A model generated the notes under the pieces. That model was not told the origin of the DNA and made no database searches. It was given only the letters and a program-made list of their open reading frames with translations. From NCBI RefSeq assembly GCF_001194135.2, contig NC_068982.1, forward strand, positions 136,883,988 to 136,925,792: 41,805 nucleotides of DNA. The letters are read 5' to 3'. A program made the translations under genes and the position numbers. This DNA comes from Octopus bimaculoides. Taxonomy: Eukaryota. Positions 1-11,712 of the stretch are shown in pieces (positions within the stretch are counted from its first letter, which is position 1; the number at the start of each line of letters is the position of its first letter).

Positions 1-699
1 TATATATAAGTCAATGCCGTGCTCTGCTGTGTTAGCAGTTCTCTTTACATCATTTGTTAAAGTTATTTCTACAGATATTCTATAGAAATTATACCCAGAA
101 CTGATTTTTGTTATGACGTTTCGTATCCGAGACATCAGATGTAAGCAATGAGATCGAAGATGAAAAAAACGGTACTGTGCGTATCTAACATTTTTCGGGA
201 GTCTTTGCCCCTTCATCAGCGCCCATCTAACCCATTAATCGTCCACGAACACATTGCTTAAAAAGCCACTGAATACAGCGGTGTAACGTTATTCGATATT
301 CCAATTTTAAATATTAAGCACATCCCTGGAAGCTGGTATATAAATATTAAAGACTTGTAGGAACGCGGTATTTTGTTATGCAACCATGACATTGTGACGC
401 GTATTAAGGGGGTTTTTTTTTTGTTTTTTATTTTTTATAATCCAATAACGTGTTCTGCAGTGTTAGCAGTGCGCTTTACATGACTTAAGGTAATCTTTAC
501 ATGCTTATGTTATTTCTATAGTCTTCATATTTGGAAATCTGATGCAATCACAAAAGCACAATATTTGCTAGTAATTTGTCTGTAGCCTGTGACTGTTTCC
601 TTTGTCTCCCCAAATGAATAAAGGTGGACGACGATACAGTTATTAAATATAATCATTTCAAAAATAAACACAAAACTTCACAGTTGACTACAATATCAC

Positions 700-790
700 T
701 CGGGAGGAAGACTTGAACTCAGAACAAAAAAAAATGGGTTGAAAGAAATTCTGGAAGGCACTGTGTCCGAAGCTCGTATGGCGCCACCAA
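700..790 (-). mobile_element. Degraded tRNA-derived SINE head (family B-like)
   Basis: TTGAACTCAGAAC is the reverse complement of the B-box region seen in family B copies; the rest is decayed. Confidence 0.35.
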
Positions 791-1872
791 GTTAGTTCAC
801 CTGTAACATATATTTAAGAGCTTATGTTATAATCATAATAATCATATAATCATTAAAAAAATACGTCAGATAAATTAACTTGTTATGAGACTTGTTTTTT
901 CCTTTTTTTTTATATTGCTGGAATAATGGTTGGAGTAAACAGCAGATTTTTAGCCAGCCATTATCATTAATGCAAATAGACACTCTGTGATTATTAAATC
1001 CATTTTGTACATTACAGACAATCTCCCAAGTGTATTCAGAAACTATTTAATATCTTCACAGCAGCAGTGTCTGTCTGAAAATTGCTATTTATCATTCCAA
1101 TTTTCTGTAGATGAGCAAAAGTACATTTTAGTATTTGATAAATTATCTACTTGCATAACAAAAATACGCTGCTCTTAAAACATGTCTTATGGTTTCTTCA
1201 ACTATTTTTATATTATGAATGTGTATTTCAAATTTTGACAAGAGATTTTATTTCAGTTTCTTTTTATTAGTTTTATAGGCAACTCCAATAAAATTTCTTT
1301 CCTTCTCTCGCTCTTTCTTTTTGTCGTTTTCTTCCGTTTTTTTTTTTTTCTCTTTTATAACGGTGAAAAAGCTAATTTTCCATGTTTATTTTAATAATAA
1401 AATCGACAGAAATCTTACTGGCATTTTTATATTCAAATACCAATGTTTATAATAAAGAAACTTTCCTTTCAGATACCCATCCTTTAACTTCGTTTAAAAA
1501 AGTACTAAAATTGAGAAACCTTCCAAATAAAGAGAATTATTTTACTTCAATTCAGATTTATGTATTCAGTAAAAGCTATTAAATTTCACACTTTTTTTTC
1601 GCCCTGATAATTCTTCTCATTGTGTTAAAAAAAATTCTACACAAAAGATGCAAGATTCTTAAATACATGTTTGAATCAACGTAGTGAACACGTCAGTCTG
1701 TATGCAATTTACAACGATAATATTTCAATAAATCATCAAGAAATTTAATGGAGCTTATATGTATACATAGGTGCATTGACAAGGATAGATAGATTGATAG
1801 ACAGATAGATAAACTTATATGTGTAGATGTGTGTAAATATATATATACTTATATATATATATATATATATAT

Positions 1873-2275
1873 CTTTTATTCTTTTACTTGTTTCAGTCAT
1901 GTGACTACGGCCATGCTTGGGCATCACGGTTTTAGTCGATCAAATCGACATCAGAACTCATTTCTTAAAGCCTAGTACTTATTCTATCGGATTTTTGTTT
2001 TCGTCGAATCGCTACATTACGGGGACATAAACACACCAGCACTGGCTGTCAATCGGTGGTGGAGGTACAGACACAAAGATACAGACACTTAAATATACAT
2101 GCATACATACATCATATATATATATATATATATACGACAGGCTTCCTTTAGTTTCCGTCAACCAAGTCCACTCACAAGGCCTTGGTGGGCCCGAGGCTGT
2201 AGAAGAAGATGCTTGTCCAACGTGCCACGAATAGAGACTGAACCCGGAACCGTGTGGTTGGGAAGCAATGTTCCT
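1873..2275 (-). mobile_element. SINE family A (tRNA head, CORE-like segment, internal TA/TG microsatellite, GTAAAAGA-type tail), near full length
   Basis: Colinear with the reverse complement of 26734-27152; internal (TA)n near 2095-2135; tail CTTTTACTTGTTTCAGTCA. Confidence 0.85.
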
Positions 2276-2589
2276 TATTTCTTTTAAATTGCCATAAAGG
2301 CATTGCATAGAGGGGGAACACTACATCACGTGTGGGGACATATAACAATAAAAATAAAAATATGATGCTATGGATGACACCTGAAAATGAACATGAAAAA
2401 CATTAAAATCAAAATATTAAAATAATGATTCATGAATGATAACTGAGAAGTGAGAATATGAAAAGTGTGTTACTCACCCCACATTGAGTAACACCACTCG
2501 CCACCTCTGAGTCCTGAGTCCTCTTTAGTCTTTGATCTAGTCTTTCGTTTACCGTTTTCCCCATCGGCGAGTGACAGCACTCTCTCCTC

Positions 2590-3397
2590 CATTAACACGT
2601 AACCTTTTTCACCAAGGGAGGGGTGTTGTAAATCTTGTGGTGTCTGTTCTTTGTCCTATTTTTCCTGTGGGGAAAGGTGTGGGTGGGTTTGGTGTCTGTA
2701 TGGGAAGGATGGGTCTGAGTGGTCTTGGGTGGGATGGAGTTGGTCTGGGGTCCCACATCACACTGACTGTTCTTGCTCTTCTTTCTCTTTTTCCTTTTAT
2801 TCTCTGTCACTGTCCATTCATCCTCCTTGTTCCTTCCATTTATCTGTACTTCTTTCTTTTTCTCCTCCGTCTCCTCCGTCTTCTGCCGTTTTCCTTTGCA
2901 GAAGGCAGTGTGCTCTAATGTGACCCTTTTGGCCACGTTTAAAACATCGTGGGATTCTGCCCTACATCCACACTCTTAACACAATGTCACCCAACGTCAC
3001 CGTCTCCGCCAAACTCTCCAATTGCCTCTCCTCTGCCTGTATAATGAGGTCCAGTGTTTTTCCTCTCCATCCTCGTCCTCCGCGCCCATGGCTTGGAGGA
3101 CAACCACCTCATCCTCACTTCCAACGAGGACGGCTGCCGCAATCCAAGCCACTTCTATATCGGGTGGAATTCCTTCTACCCTCACCTTAGAAGTCTTTCT
3201 TCCAAGGTACGTGGGCAGAAGTACTACTTCCTCCGTTTTTACAGTTGCACTCGCCCGCCTCTTTGGCTCCTCTGCTGTCTTAAACTGGACAACCACAGTC
3301 CCATATCCATTTCCTTTCGCTATGTATGTCACTTCCTTCGAAAGCCTCTTTAATGCTTTTTCTACTTTTCCATCTCCATCCACTCCACCTTCCTAAT
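2590..3397 (-). mobile_element. Non-LTR retrotransposon ORF1 (gag-like, L1/Tx1-type) pseudogene fragment
   Basis: ORF 3383-2997 (..SKVRVEGIPPDI..). After a frameshift near 3070 it reads KTLDLIIQAEERQLESLAETVTLGDIVLRVWM*GRIPR-CFKRGQKGHIRAHC, a CX2CX4HX4C knuckle with Cys2 changed to Arg, then a charged low-complexity tail. The 5' end runs into the gap at 3398. Confidence 0.75.
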
Positions 3398-4186
3398 NNN
3401 NNNNNNNNNNNNNNNNNNNNNNNNNNNNNNNNNNNNNNNNNNNNNNNNNNNNNNNNNNNNNNNNNNNNNNNNNNNNNNNNNNNNNNNNNNNNNNNNNNNN
3501 NNNNNNNNNNNNNNNNNNNNNNNNNNNNNNNNNNNNNNNNNNNNNNNNNNNNNNNNNNNNNNNNNNNNNNNNNNNNNNNNNNNNNNNNNNNNNNNNNNNN
3601 NNNNNNNNNNNNNNNNNNNNNNNNNNNNNNNNNNNNNNNNNNNNNNNNNNNNNNNNNNNNNNNNNNNNNNNNNNNNNNNNNNNNNNNNNNNNNNNNNNNN
3701 NNNNNNNNNNNNNNNNNNNNNNNNNNNNNNNNNNNNNNNNNNNNNNNNNNNNNNNNNNNNNNNNNNNNNNNNNNNNNNNNNNNNNNNNNNNNNNNNNNNN
3801 NNNNNNNNNNNNNNNNNNNNNNNNNNNNNNNNNNNNNNNNNNNNNNNNNNNNNNNNNNNNNNNNNNNNNNNNNNNNNNNNNNNNNNNNNNNNNNNNNNNN
3901 NNNNNNNNNNNNNNNNNNNNNNNNNNNNNNNNNNNNNNNNNNNNNNNNNNNNNNNNNNNNNNNNNNNNNNNNNNNNNNNNNNNNNNNNNNNNNNNNNNNN
4001 NNNNNNNNNNNNNNNNNNNNNNNNNNNNNNNNNNNNNNNNNNNNNNNNNNNNNNNNNNNNNNNNNNNNNNNNNNNNNNNNNNNNNNNNNNNNNNNNNNNN
4101 NNNNNNNNNNNNNNNNNNNNNNNNNTATATATATATATATATATATATCAGGCCAATCTCAGATTTCGCAGGATCTTTAATTAATG

Positions 4187-4193
4187 TATGTTT

Positions 4194-4235
<42 letters not shown>

Positions 4236-4509
4236 TGCTCGTCTCTGTGTGCGTGGTGTATGTGTGTATACGTGTGTGTCTGTGTGTCTATGTGTGTGTT
4301 CATGTGTGTGTGTGTGCTTGAGAACTGGTGTTTGTCCGGTGTTGGTTTGTTTACGCTATCGAAATGTAGCGGTTCGGTAAAAGGCACCCATAAAATAGGT
4401 GTAAAAGACTTTAAAAGCTATGTACTAGGATCGATTGTTCGATTAATTCCTTTAAAGCAGTGCCCCGGCGTGGCCGCAGCTTAATGACTGCAGCAAGTAA
4501 AAGATAAAA
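4187..4509 (+). mobile_element. SINE family A, 3' half with expanded (TG)n
   Basis: TAGCGGTTCGG..GTACTAGGATCGAT..GGCCGCAG..TGACTG..AAGTAAAAGATAAAA matches the 3' half of other family A copies. Confidence 0.75.
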
Positions 4510-4517
4510 TGGAAATT

Positions 4518-4950
4518 TTTCTTTTCTAGGCACAAGGCCCGAAATTGCGAGGAGGGGGTCAGTAGATTAGATCGACCCCAGTACGCATCTGGTAAGCTGG
4601 TACTTAATTTATCAACCCCGAAAGGATGAAAGGCAAAGTCGACCACGGCGGAATTTAAACTCAGGACGTAAAGACAGACGATATACCGCTAAGCATTTCA
4701 CCCGGCGTGCTAACGTTTCTTATTTCTTTATTGCCCACAAGGGCTAAACATAGAGGGGACAAGCAAGGACAAACAAAGGGATTAAGTCGATTACATTGAC
4801 CCCAGTGCGTAACTGGTACTTAATTTATCGACCCCGAAAGGATGAGAGGCAAAGTCGACCACGGCGGAATTTGAGCTCAGAATGTACCGGCAGACGAAAT
4901 ACCGCCAAGCATTTCGTCCGGCGTGCTAACGGTTTTGCCAGCTCACGGCC
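4518..4950 (-). mobile_element. SINE family B heterodimer
   Basis: Two tandem head+body units joined at ACGTTTCTTATTTCTTTATTGCCCAC (about 4717); diverged TSD ATAAAATGGAAATT (4504-4517) / ATAAAAGGGACATT (4953-4966), 12/14. Confidence 0.85.
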
Positions 4951-4994
4951 TTATAAAAGGGACATTATTGTGTAAAGTAACCTGCTTAATAATT

Positions 4995-5125
4995 TGATGA
5001 CAATCCAAAGAAAATCTGGAGCGTATTGTTCATAATAGAGTGACTTATAGATGACAGAGAATCGAGAAGAGGCAAGGAAAGTATTTGTATCGCAATCTGT
5101 ATGAATTGATTGCCGTTATAGAAAT
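4995..5125 (+). mobile_element. Possible decayed CR1-like LINE ORF2 fragment
   Basis: Translates across frames to DDNPKKIWSV and ENREEARKVFVSQSV, resembling the NPKKFW and KAE.LN..F.SVF motifs upstream of the CR1 RT; many stops. Confidence 0.3.
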
Positions 5126-5529
5126 ATATACAATGGGAAACCACAAATGACGAGACAGTGGCTATGCAGTCACTAATGAAAGGCAATACTGGAGTTCATT
5201 CAGATGCATTAGGTATCATAAAGAAATAGATACTGAAGAAACGACGAAAATGGGAAATATTAAACTTCAATGTTAAAACGAAATTTACTTATTCAGTAAT
5301 TGAAATCTGCAATGTTAGAAGACCAACAGCTGCTGACTCTATACAGACGTGGTAGTAATAATGGAATGTGTGAGACTTGCGGAGAAAAATAATGTTTTCT
5401 AGACATGTGATACTTACTTGACAGCTAATTATTGCAACGTTAGATATCAGGTTCTTAGAACATATTTATATAATGTTGTTTCATATAAAAGGGTGTTATT
5501 GTTAAGTGGGATGATACTGGCTAATATAT

Positions 5530-5794
5530 CTAGTCTAACAGTGGTCTGCCCTTGGGCAGGTCCTCTGCATCTGAAACTTCTCCCCGTCTATAAGACCTGG
5601 AAGAACCCGTACTCTCCTTTGCCACCGTAGATTACTGAAACTTCGGAAGCCATGGATAGACTTGGAATAAATACTGGGTTGCTGTTCCATTGCCTTCTCA
5701 GGGCAGGTGGGATTTGAACTCAAAATGTAGAGAGCCGGAAGATATACAGTAAAGCATTTCTGCCGCCGCACCAACGATTCTGCTATTTTCTCAC
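5530..5794 (-). mobile_element. tRNA-headed SINE with RTE/BovB-like body
   Basis: Family B-like head (GCAGAATCGTTGG..GAGTTCAAATCCC) followed directly by CCCTGAGAAGGCAATGGAACAGCAACCCAGTATT instead of the family B body. Confidence 0.5.
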
Positions 5795-6301
5795 GATAAT
5801 CAGACGGGGCAATATCCGGCGAATATGGTAGGTGGGGCATCAGTTGTCATTCAAATTGCTCCAGCCTTTGGAATATCATCCTTGTTGTATGTGACCAAGT
5901 ATTATCCTGATGGAACAACACCTTTCGTCTTGAAACAAAGATAGTCATTTTTTTCTAGCGCTGACTTAAGCCACTCAAGCTGCTTGCAGTAGATCGCCTT
6001 TGTTATCGTTTGGTTTGGGTTTAAAAGTTCAAAGTGGACTCAACTTTTCATATCCCACAAAACACATAACAACACTTTATGTGGGTGAAAACCTTCTTTA
6101 GCCTGGGGTGGCGGTGTTTCTCCTTTCTCTACCCACTATCTTCGGCGCTTGACATTTTTTTAAAGGAACCCATTTCTCGTCACCAATCATTATTCGGGCC
6201 AAGAAAGGTTCATTCGTGAGACGTGACAGCAAAGAAGAGCACACATTCACTCTCTGCGCGCGATTAGACTCGGAAAGTTTGTGAGGAAACCATTGACCCA
6301 A
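5795..6301 (-). mobile_element. Mariner (DD34D) transposase pseudogene fragment
   Basis: GQWFPHKL, GDEKW, HPHKVLLCVLWD, FHQDN and PHLPYSPDIAPSDY; exactly 34 residues between the 2nd and 3rd catalytic Asp; two frameshifts, an in-frame stop, no TIRs seen. Confidence 0.93.
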
Positions 6302-6327
6302 TTCGCTGTCTTATTTGGAATTATAAG

Positions 6328-6537
6328 GAGGCGCGTTGGCAGAATCGTTAGCTTGTCGGGCAAAATGGTTAGCGGTATTTCGTCCGTCTTTACGTTCTGC
6401 GTTCATATTCCACCGAGATCAACTTTGCTTTTCATTATTTCGGGATCAATAAAATAAATACCAGGTGAGTACTGGAGTGGATGTATTCAACTTAACCCTT
6501 CCTCCAAACTTGCTGGTTTTGTGTCAAAATTCGAAAC
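6328..6537 (+). mobile_element. SINE family B monomer
   Basis: GGAGGCGCGTTGGCAGAATCGTTAGC head, B box, CTTTGCTTTTCATT..AAATACCAG body, GTCAAAATTCGAAAC tail. Confidence 0.8.
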
Positions 6538-6806
6538 TAATAATTAACAATTATGATATGCAGAAGGCATCCCCAGGAAGAGTTTTTTTTTTTTACATGT
6601 AACATATAAGAGGAAACTGCTTTAATAAACTAGACACTAGGTTTTACATGACGTCAAGCTTCTTCTTTCCAAATGAATTAATGACATTTTTGTTGTTTCA
6701 AGACGTTCATTTTGTAAGTGAATCAAAAACATAGACTGATTAATCATTTAGATTAATAAGATGCAGGTGGCAGACCCGGAACATGATATTTCGTGTAATA
6801 TATAAT

Positions 6807-7001
6807 GGTTTCAATATTTAGCACAAGACCAGACATTTTTGGGGTGGTTGCTATTCGATTACATCGACCCCAGTGCTTAACTAGTACTTATTTTATTGAT
6901 ACCGAAAGGATAAAATGTAGAATCGACCTCGATCGAATTTGAACACAGGATTTGAACGAGTATTTTGCCCGGTACGCTAACTAGTGCGCAAGCTCACCGC
7001 C
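6807..7001 (-). mobile_element. SINE family B monomer with TSD
   Basis: Reverse-complement family B; TSD TTCGTGTAATATATAA (6791-6806) / TTCATGTAATATATAA (7005-7020), 15/16. Confidence 0.8.
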
Positions 7002-7440
7002 TTATTCATGTAATATATAACAGGAAGCTGTTTTGATAAACTAAACACTGTGTTTTACATGATAATAAAGAGGTTGTATCTAAGTGAATCAAAAACAATA
7101 TTCTATGTAAGCAGTACTAAGCTGAACAATACAGCTGTAAAAGTCATTTAAAGAGCAGTTAATTAATAATTCACTGTGTTATTTTGATACAATGATATTA
7201 GCTATACAAACGAGACATCATTACACGGAAATACATAATAGAGGCGACGCATCAAAGTTTCTTTAATAACCAACATAAGAATAATGATTTCCACTTTTAT
7301 GACCGTCAAGCATACAAAAATTATGCATTGATTATATATCACAATAGTGAACAATTATGTCTTCGTTGGTTACAGGTTTTCGCTAGAACAATGAAGAGTT
7401 TAAGTGTGTCTTTGGCAGTGAAAATGGTGAAAGTAACAAG

Positions 7441-7765
7441 GTACAGACGTGGTTCCGAGGTCAGTCCCACTTCCCGGCACATTGGATAACTGTCGTCTGC
7501 AATAGTTGGTAGACGGAAATTGAAAGAAAACCGTCGTATATACGTGTGTGTGTTTGTGTCTGTGTTCGTCCCTCACCACCGCTTGACAACCGTATTTTAG
7601 TGTATTTTCGTCCTTGTTACCTAGCGGCTCGGCTAAGATGACCAATAGAATAAGTACCAGACTTCAAAAATAAGCACTAGGGTGGATTCATTCGACTAAG
7701 ATTCTTCACGGCGGTGCCCCAGCATAGTCGCAGTCTAATGATTGAAGCAAGTAAAAGATAAAAGA
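7441..7765 (+). mobile_element. SINE family A, diverged, with internal deletion
   Basis: TGGTAGACGGAAATTGAAAGAAAACCGTCGTATA, CGCTTGACAACCG, tail AAGTAAAAGATAAAAGA. Confidence 0.8.
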
Positions 7766-7874
7766 TTAGGGAATGTCTCTACCTCAGGGAAGAACAAACA
7801 TAGTGAGGGATTTCGTTTAGTAAGAACGAGCTAAACAGTTTTTCAGAAAATAATCACTTTTAATTCGTATGGCC

Positions 7875-7970
7875 TGGAGCAACGTAAAGTTGCAACACGC
7901 GTCTCGGCCCACGAACTGAACCTGCGATCTTAACATCGAGATCCCATCACTCTAACCAATAGGCCATACA
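7875..7970 (-). mobile_element. Family C-like SINE head fragment
   Basis: Reverse complement reads TGGCCTATTGGTTAGAGTG..GGTTCAGTTC..TTTACGTTGCTCC. Confidence 0.45.
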
Positions 7971-8040
7971 CTTTTATGCACACACACACAAACACACACA
8001 TATATATACACACATAGATGACATACAGACATGCAGACAA

Positions 8041-8047
8041 ATAGATC

Positions 8048-8103
<56 letters not shown>

Positions 8104-8128
8104 TTGATAGATATTGATAGATATCGAT
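8041..8128. repeat. (AGAT)n microsatellite
   Basis: Direct reading. Confidence 0.95.
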
Positions 8129-8224
8129 TGTCATAGATAACAGAGAAGGTGACGTGGGCTTCCACTAAGATGAGATTAAAATATGCCAAAATTACAATCC
8201 TTTAATTATTAGGAATATTTTCGC

Positions 8225-8312
8225 CCTCTCTTTCTCTCTATCTATCCATCTATCTATCCAGCCATCTTTCTATCTATCCATCTGTTTATCTCTTTATCTC
8301 TGTCTCTCTCTC

Positions 8313-8362
<50 letters not shown>

Positions 8363-8537
8363 TCTTCCTCTCTCTCTCTCTCTTTCTCTTTCTCCCTCTT
8401 TCCCTACATTTATATATATATATATCAATGAATCCATCTACCTTTCTCTTTCTTACACTCTCTTCTCCCTATCTCTTTGTCTCTCTCCCTCTCTCTCTTC
8501 ATCTCCCTCTCTCTTTCTCCTGCTCTCTCTTCCTCTT
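8225..8537. repeat. Compound (TC)n / (CTAT)n pyrimidine tract
   Basis: Direct reading. Confidence 0.9.
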
Positions 8538-9271
8538 CCACTAAGTATGAGGCTTTAACCCCGACATTACTTTCAAGAAAGTCTAAATATTTTACACTCT
8601 TACTGTAAATAAAATATTCTTCCGAAGTTGTCCTGTTTCTCGTTTTAAAGCCATGTAAAATTTCCAGTTTTCATTTTGTTGTTGTTGATTGCATCAAATA
8701 GAAAGCCATTATTGCTGTACATCCGAAGACTATGCTTTAGGGGATACGCTCTTTCAAGGACATTAGAAGGCAACTGGGAATCGGAGTCATCATGATTGCT
8801 GAAACGAAAGCAAACACCGTTAGTATGTGATTGGAAGTGATGATTGAAATACCGTGAGCAAATTATGTATGAGCCAGCATAGAAATAAATATCAAATATA
8901 TTATTAACCAATGTAAAATACGGCGTAAAGATATTTCGATCTCGTTAAGAGAATTCAAATAAACACCTGCAAGAAAAGGATAATCTAGAAAATTTCTTTA
9001 ACTTTTACAAGCAGAAGTGTGTAAATATACATGTATATATGTATGTATGCATGTATGCATGTATGTATCTATGTATAAAATTAATACAAACAGCAGTTTG
9101 CAATTTTTCACCCAAAAGGAGAATTTTACGAATGTCACTAAATGTGACTCGGGCATTAGAAATAAGAGCTGAACTTTTTTAATGCAATGGTTAACGCACA
9201 TGAATCAAAACATTAGAGCAGTTTAGCTCTTATTTCTAGCACTGTCTTTCCTAACATCCTAGTCACATTTA

Positions 9272-9371
9272 CGCGCGCGCGCGCGCGCACACACATAAAT
9301 ATCCATATATATATATTCATATACACGTATGGATGTATGGAGTATGAATGTGTGTGTGTGTNNNNNNNNNN

Positions 9372-9422
<51 letters not shown>

Positions 9423-9437
9423 ATGCGTGCGTGTGTG
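9272..9437. repeat. (CG)8, (CA)n, (TA)n and (TG)n alternating purine-pyrimidine cluster
   Basis: Direct reading; includes the 10-N gap at 9362-9371. Confidence 0.9.
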
Positions 9438-10522
9438 TTTGTAATTTGGTGTTAGCGATTAGGAGAAATTTTGGTTATGTAAAGTTTGTAATTATATTTG
9501 AGGCGCAGCACCCCGAAACTAGTCTGTAGATGCCAGACCAGCAAGGGGAAGCAGCTGACCTCCCCTGTTCGAAGGTTATATTGGACACAGGTTCGTGTGT
9601 CACATAGCTAGCTAGAGGCGATGGCCTCTTGGAGCTAATCAACGGCAGCATTCATCCTATTTTTTGGACTGCCATATTGGCTTGACGATAACTATTAATA
9701 TCCAGTACCGCTACCGTAGTCTCCTTTAGAGAGACTTAGAAATATATATATATATATATATATATANNNNNNNNNNNNNNNNNNNNNNNNNNNNNNNNNN
9801 NNNNNNNNNNNNNNNNNNNNNNNNNNNNNNNNNNNNNNNNNNNNNNNNNNNNNNNNNNNNNNNNNNNNNNNNNNNNNNNNNNNNNNNNNNNNNNNNNNNN
9901 NNNNNNNNNNNNNNNNNNNNNNNNNNNNNNNNNNNNNNNNNNNNNNNNNNNNNNNNNNNNNNNNNNNNNNNNNNNNNNNNNNNNNNNNNNNNNNNNNNNN
10001 NNNNNNNNNNNNNNNNNNNNNNNNNNNNNNNNNNNNNNNNNNNNNNNNNNNNNNNNNNNNNNNNNNNNNNNNNNNNNNNNNNNNNNNNNNNNNNNNNNNN
10101 NNNNNNNNNNNNNNNNNNNNNNNNNNNNNNNNNNNNNNNNNNNNNNNNNNNNNNNNNNNNNNNNNNNNNNNNNNNNNNNNNNNNNNNNNNNNNNNNNNNN
10201 NNNNNNNNNNNNNNNNNNNNNNNNNNNNNNNNNNNNNNNNNNNNNNNNNNNNNNNNNNNNNNNNNNNNNNNNNNNNNNNNNNNNNNNNNNNNNNNNNNNN
10301 NNNNNNNNNNNNNNNNNNNNNNNNNNNNNNNNNNNNNNNNNNNNNNNNNNNNNNNNNNNNNNNNNNNNNNNNNNNNNNNNNNNNNNNNNNNNNNNNNNNN
10401 NNNNNNNNNNNNNNNNNNNNNNNNNNNNNNNNNNNNNNNNAAAATACTTATTGTATTCCCTATCTTGAATAAAGACCTTTGCATTTTCAAACCTTCTTTC
10501 TTATATGTGTGTGTGTGTGTGT

Positions 10523-10554
<32 letters not shown>

Positions 10555-11030
10555 TGTGTCTGTGCCTTTGTGTGTGCGTGTGTTTCATAGCAAGTGGTAT
10601 ACATCTCGCTTAGGCATTTATTTCGTCTTTTTGCATTCTGAGTACAAATCCCACCTTGGTCTACGTGAGTGTTTGGCTAAATCTATTACTCTGCTTAAGC
10701 TCGTCACATGCCACTTGTAGGTGCTTTTATTGAAATTCACCCAATTGCATGCATTGAGAATCATTCACCGGTTTGAAGGTATTTTCCTCTCTTTCTCCCA
10801 CCTATGTTTTAGGCACTGCAAAGGGTCAGGAACACTATCATCTTACTTTACTAATAAAGTGTTATTAGTACTTATTTTATTGACCATGGAGACGAGAAAA
10901 ACTAAGTGGGATTTGAAGCTCAGAACATAGTGGTGCAAGACTATTGTGTCATTTCAATAATCTGCTATTTTTTTTTACGCTTAACCCAACTTAATACTCA
11001 CTATAGATCATCCTAATGTGTGCCTTTGTG

Positions 11031-11158
11031 TGTGGCACATTTGGCTAGTGTCTTCTAATATAGCTTCGGGCCGAATAAAGCCTTGTGAGGGGATTTGGTA
11101 GACGGAAACCCGAAAGAAGGCGGCCGTGTGCGTGTGTGTGTGAGTGTGTGTGTGCGTT

Positions 11159-11235
<77 letters not shown>

Positions 11236-11440
11236 CTTTCTCTTCGTTCCCCTACACCGATTGACAACCGACTGGTTTGTTTACGTTCCCGCAAGTTAGC
11301 GGCTCGGCTAAAAGGACCAATAGATTAAGTAACAGGCTTTAAAAACTATAGGTACTGGGATCGACTCGTTCAACAAAAAATTCTACTAGGTGGTGACCCA
11401 GCATGGCAGCAGTCTAATGACTAAAGCAAATAAAAAAAGA
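11031..11440 (+). mobile_element. SINE family A, 5'-truncated, with long internal (TA)(TG) array
   Basis: GTGTCTTCTAATATAGCTTCGGGCCGA..AAAGCCTTGTGAGGGGATTTGGTAGACGGAAAC, then microsatellite, then the family A 3' half. Confidence 0.85.
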
Positions 11441-11444
11441 TGAT

Positions 11445-11712
11445 AGGGTCCCGGTTTCGATCACAATAAGTAGCATCTTGAGCAGAAATCTTTTCTTCCA
11501 CAGACTTCAGTTGACTTGTGAATGAGATTAGATACAATGAAACTGTTCGGAAGACTGTCGCGTGGATTTTATCTGTACTTTGAAGAGCCAACTTTGTCTG
11601 CCCAAGGATTATATTAACGGTACAAGCTATCTGAGGAATACTGATTGAATGAGCAGGGAATTCAGTTGATCGAACAATTAGAGTACTCATCAACGAAACC
11701 GACGGAGATCCA
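11445..11712 (+). mobile_element. Old, highly diverged family C-like SINE
   Basis: GGTTTCGATC (B box), CTTGAGCAG (CORE-like), CCCAAGGATTATATTAACGGTACA and TTCAGTTGATCG..AACCGACGGAG align to the 12438 copy. Confidence 0.55.

Noticed and set aside
8741-8818. Plus-strand 78-nt candidate exon (GIRSFKDIRRQLGIGVIMIAETKANT, donor GTTAGT)
   Set aside because: Acceptor lacks a pyrimidine tract, it overlaps a better minus-strand candidate, and no family is recognised.
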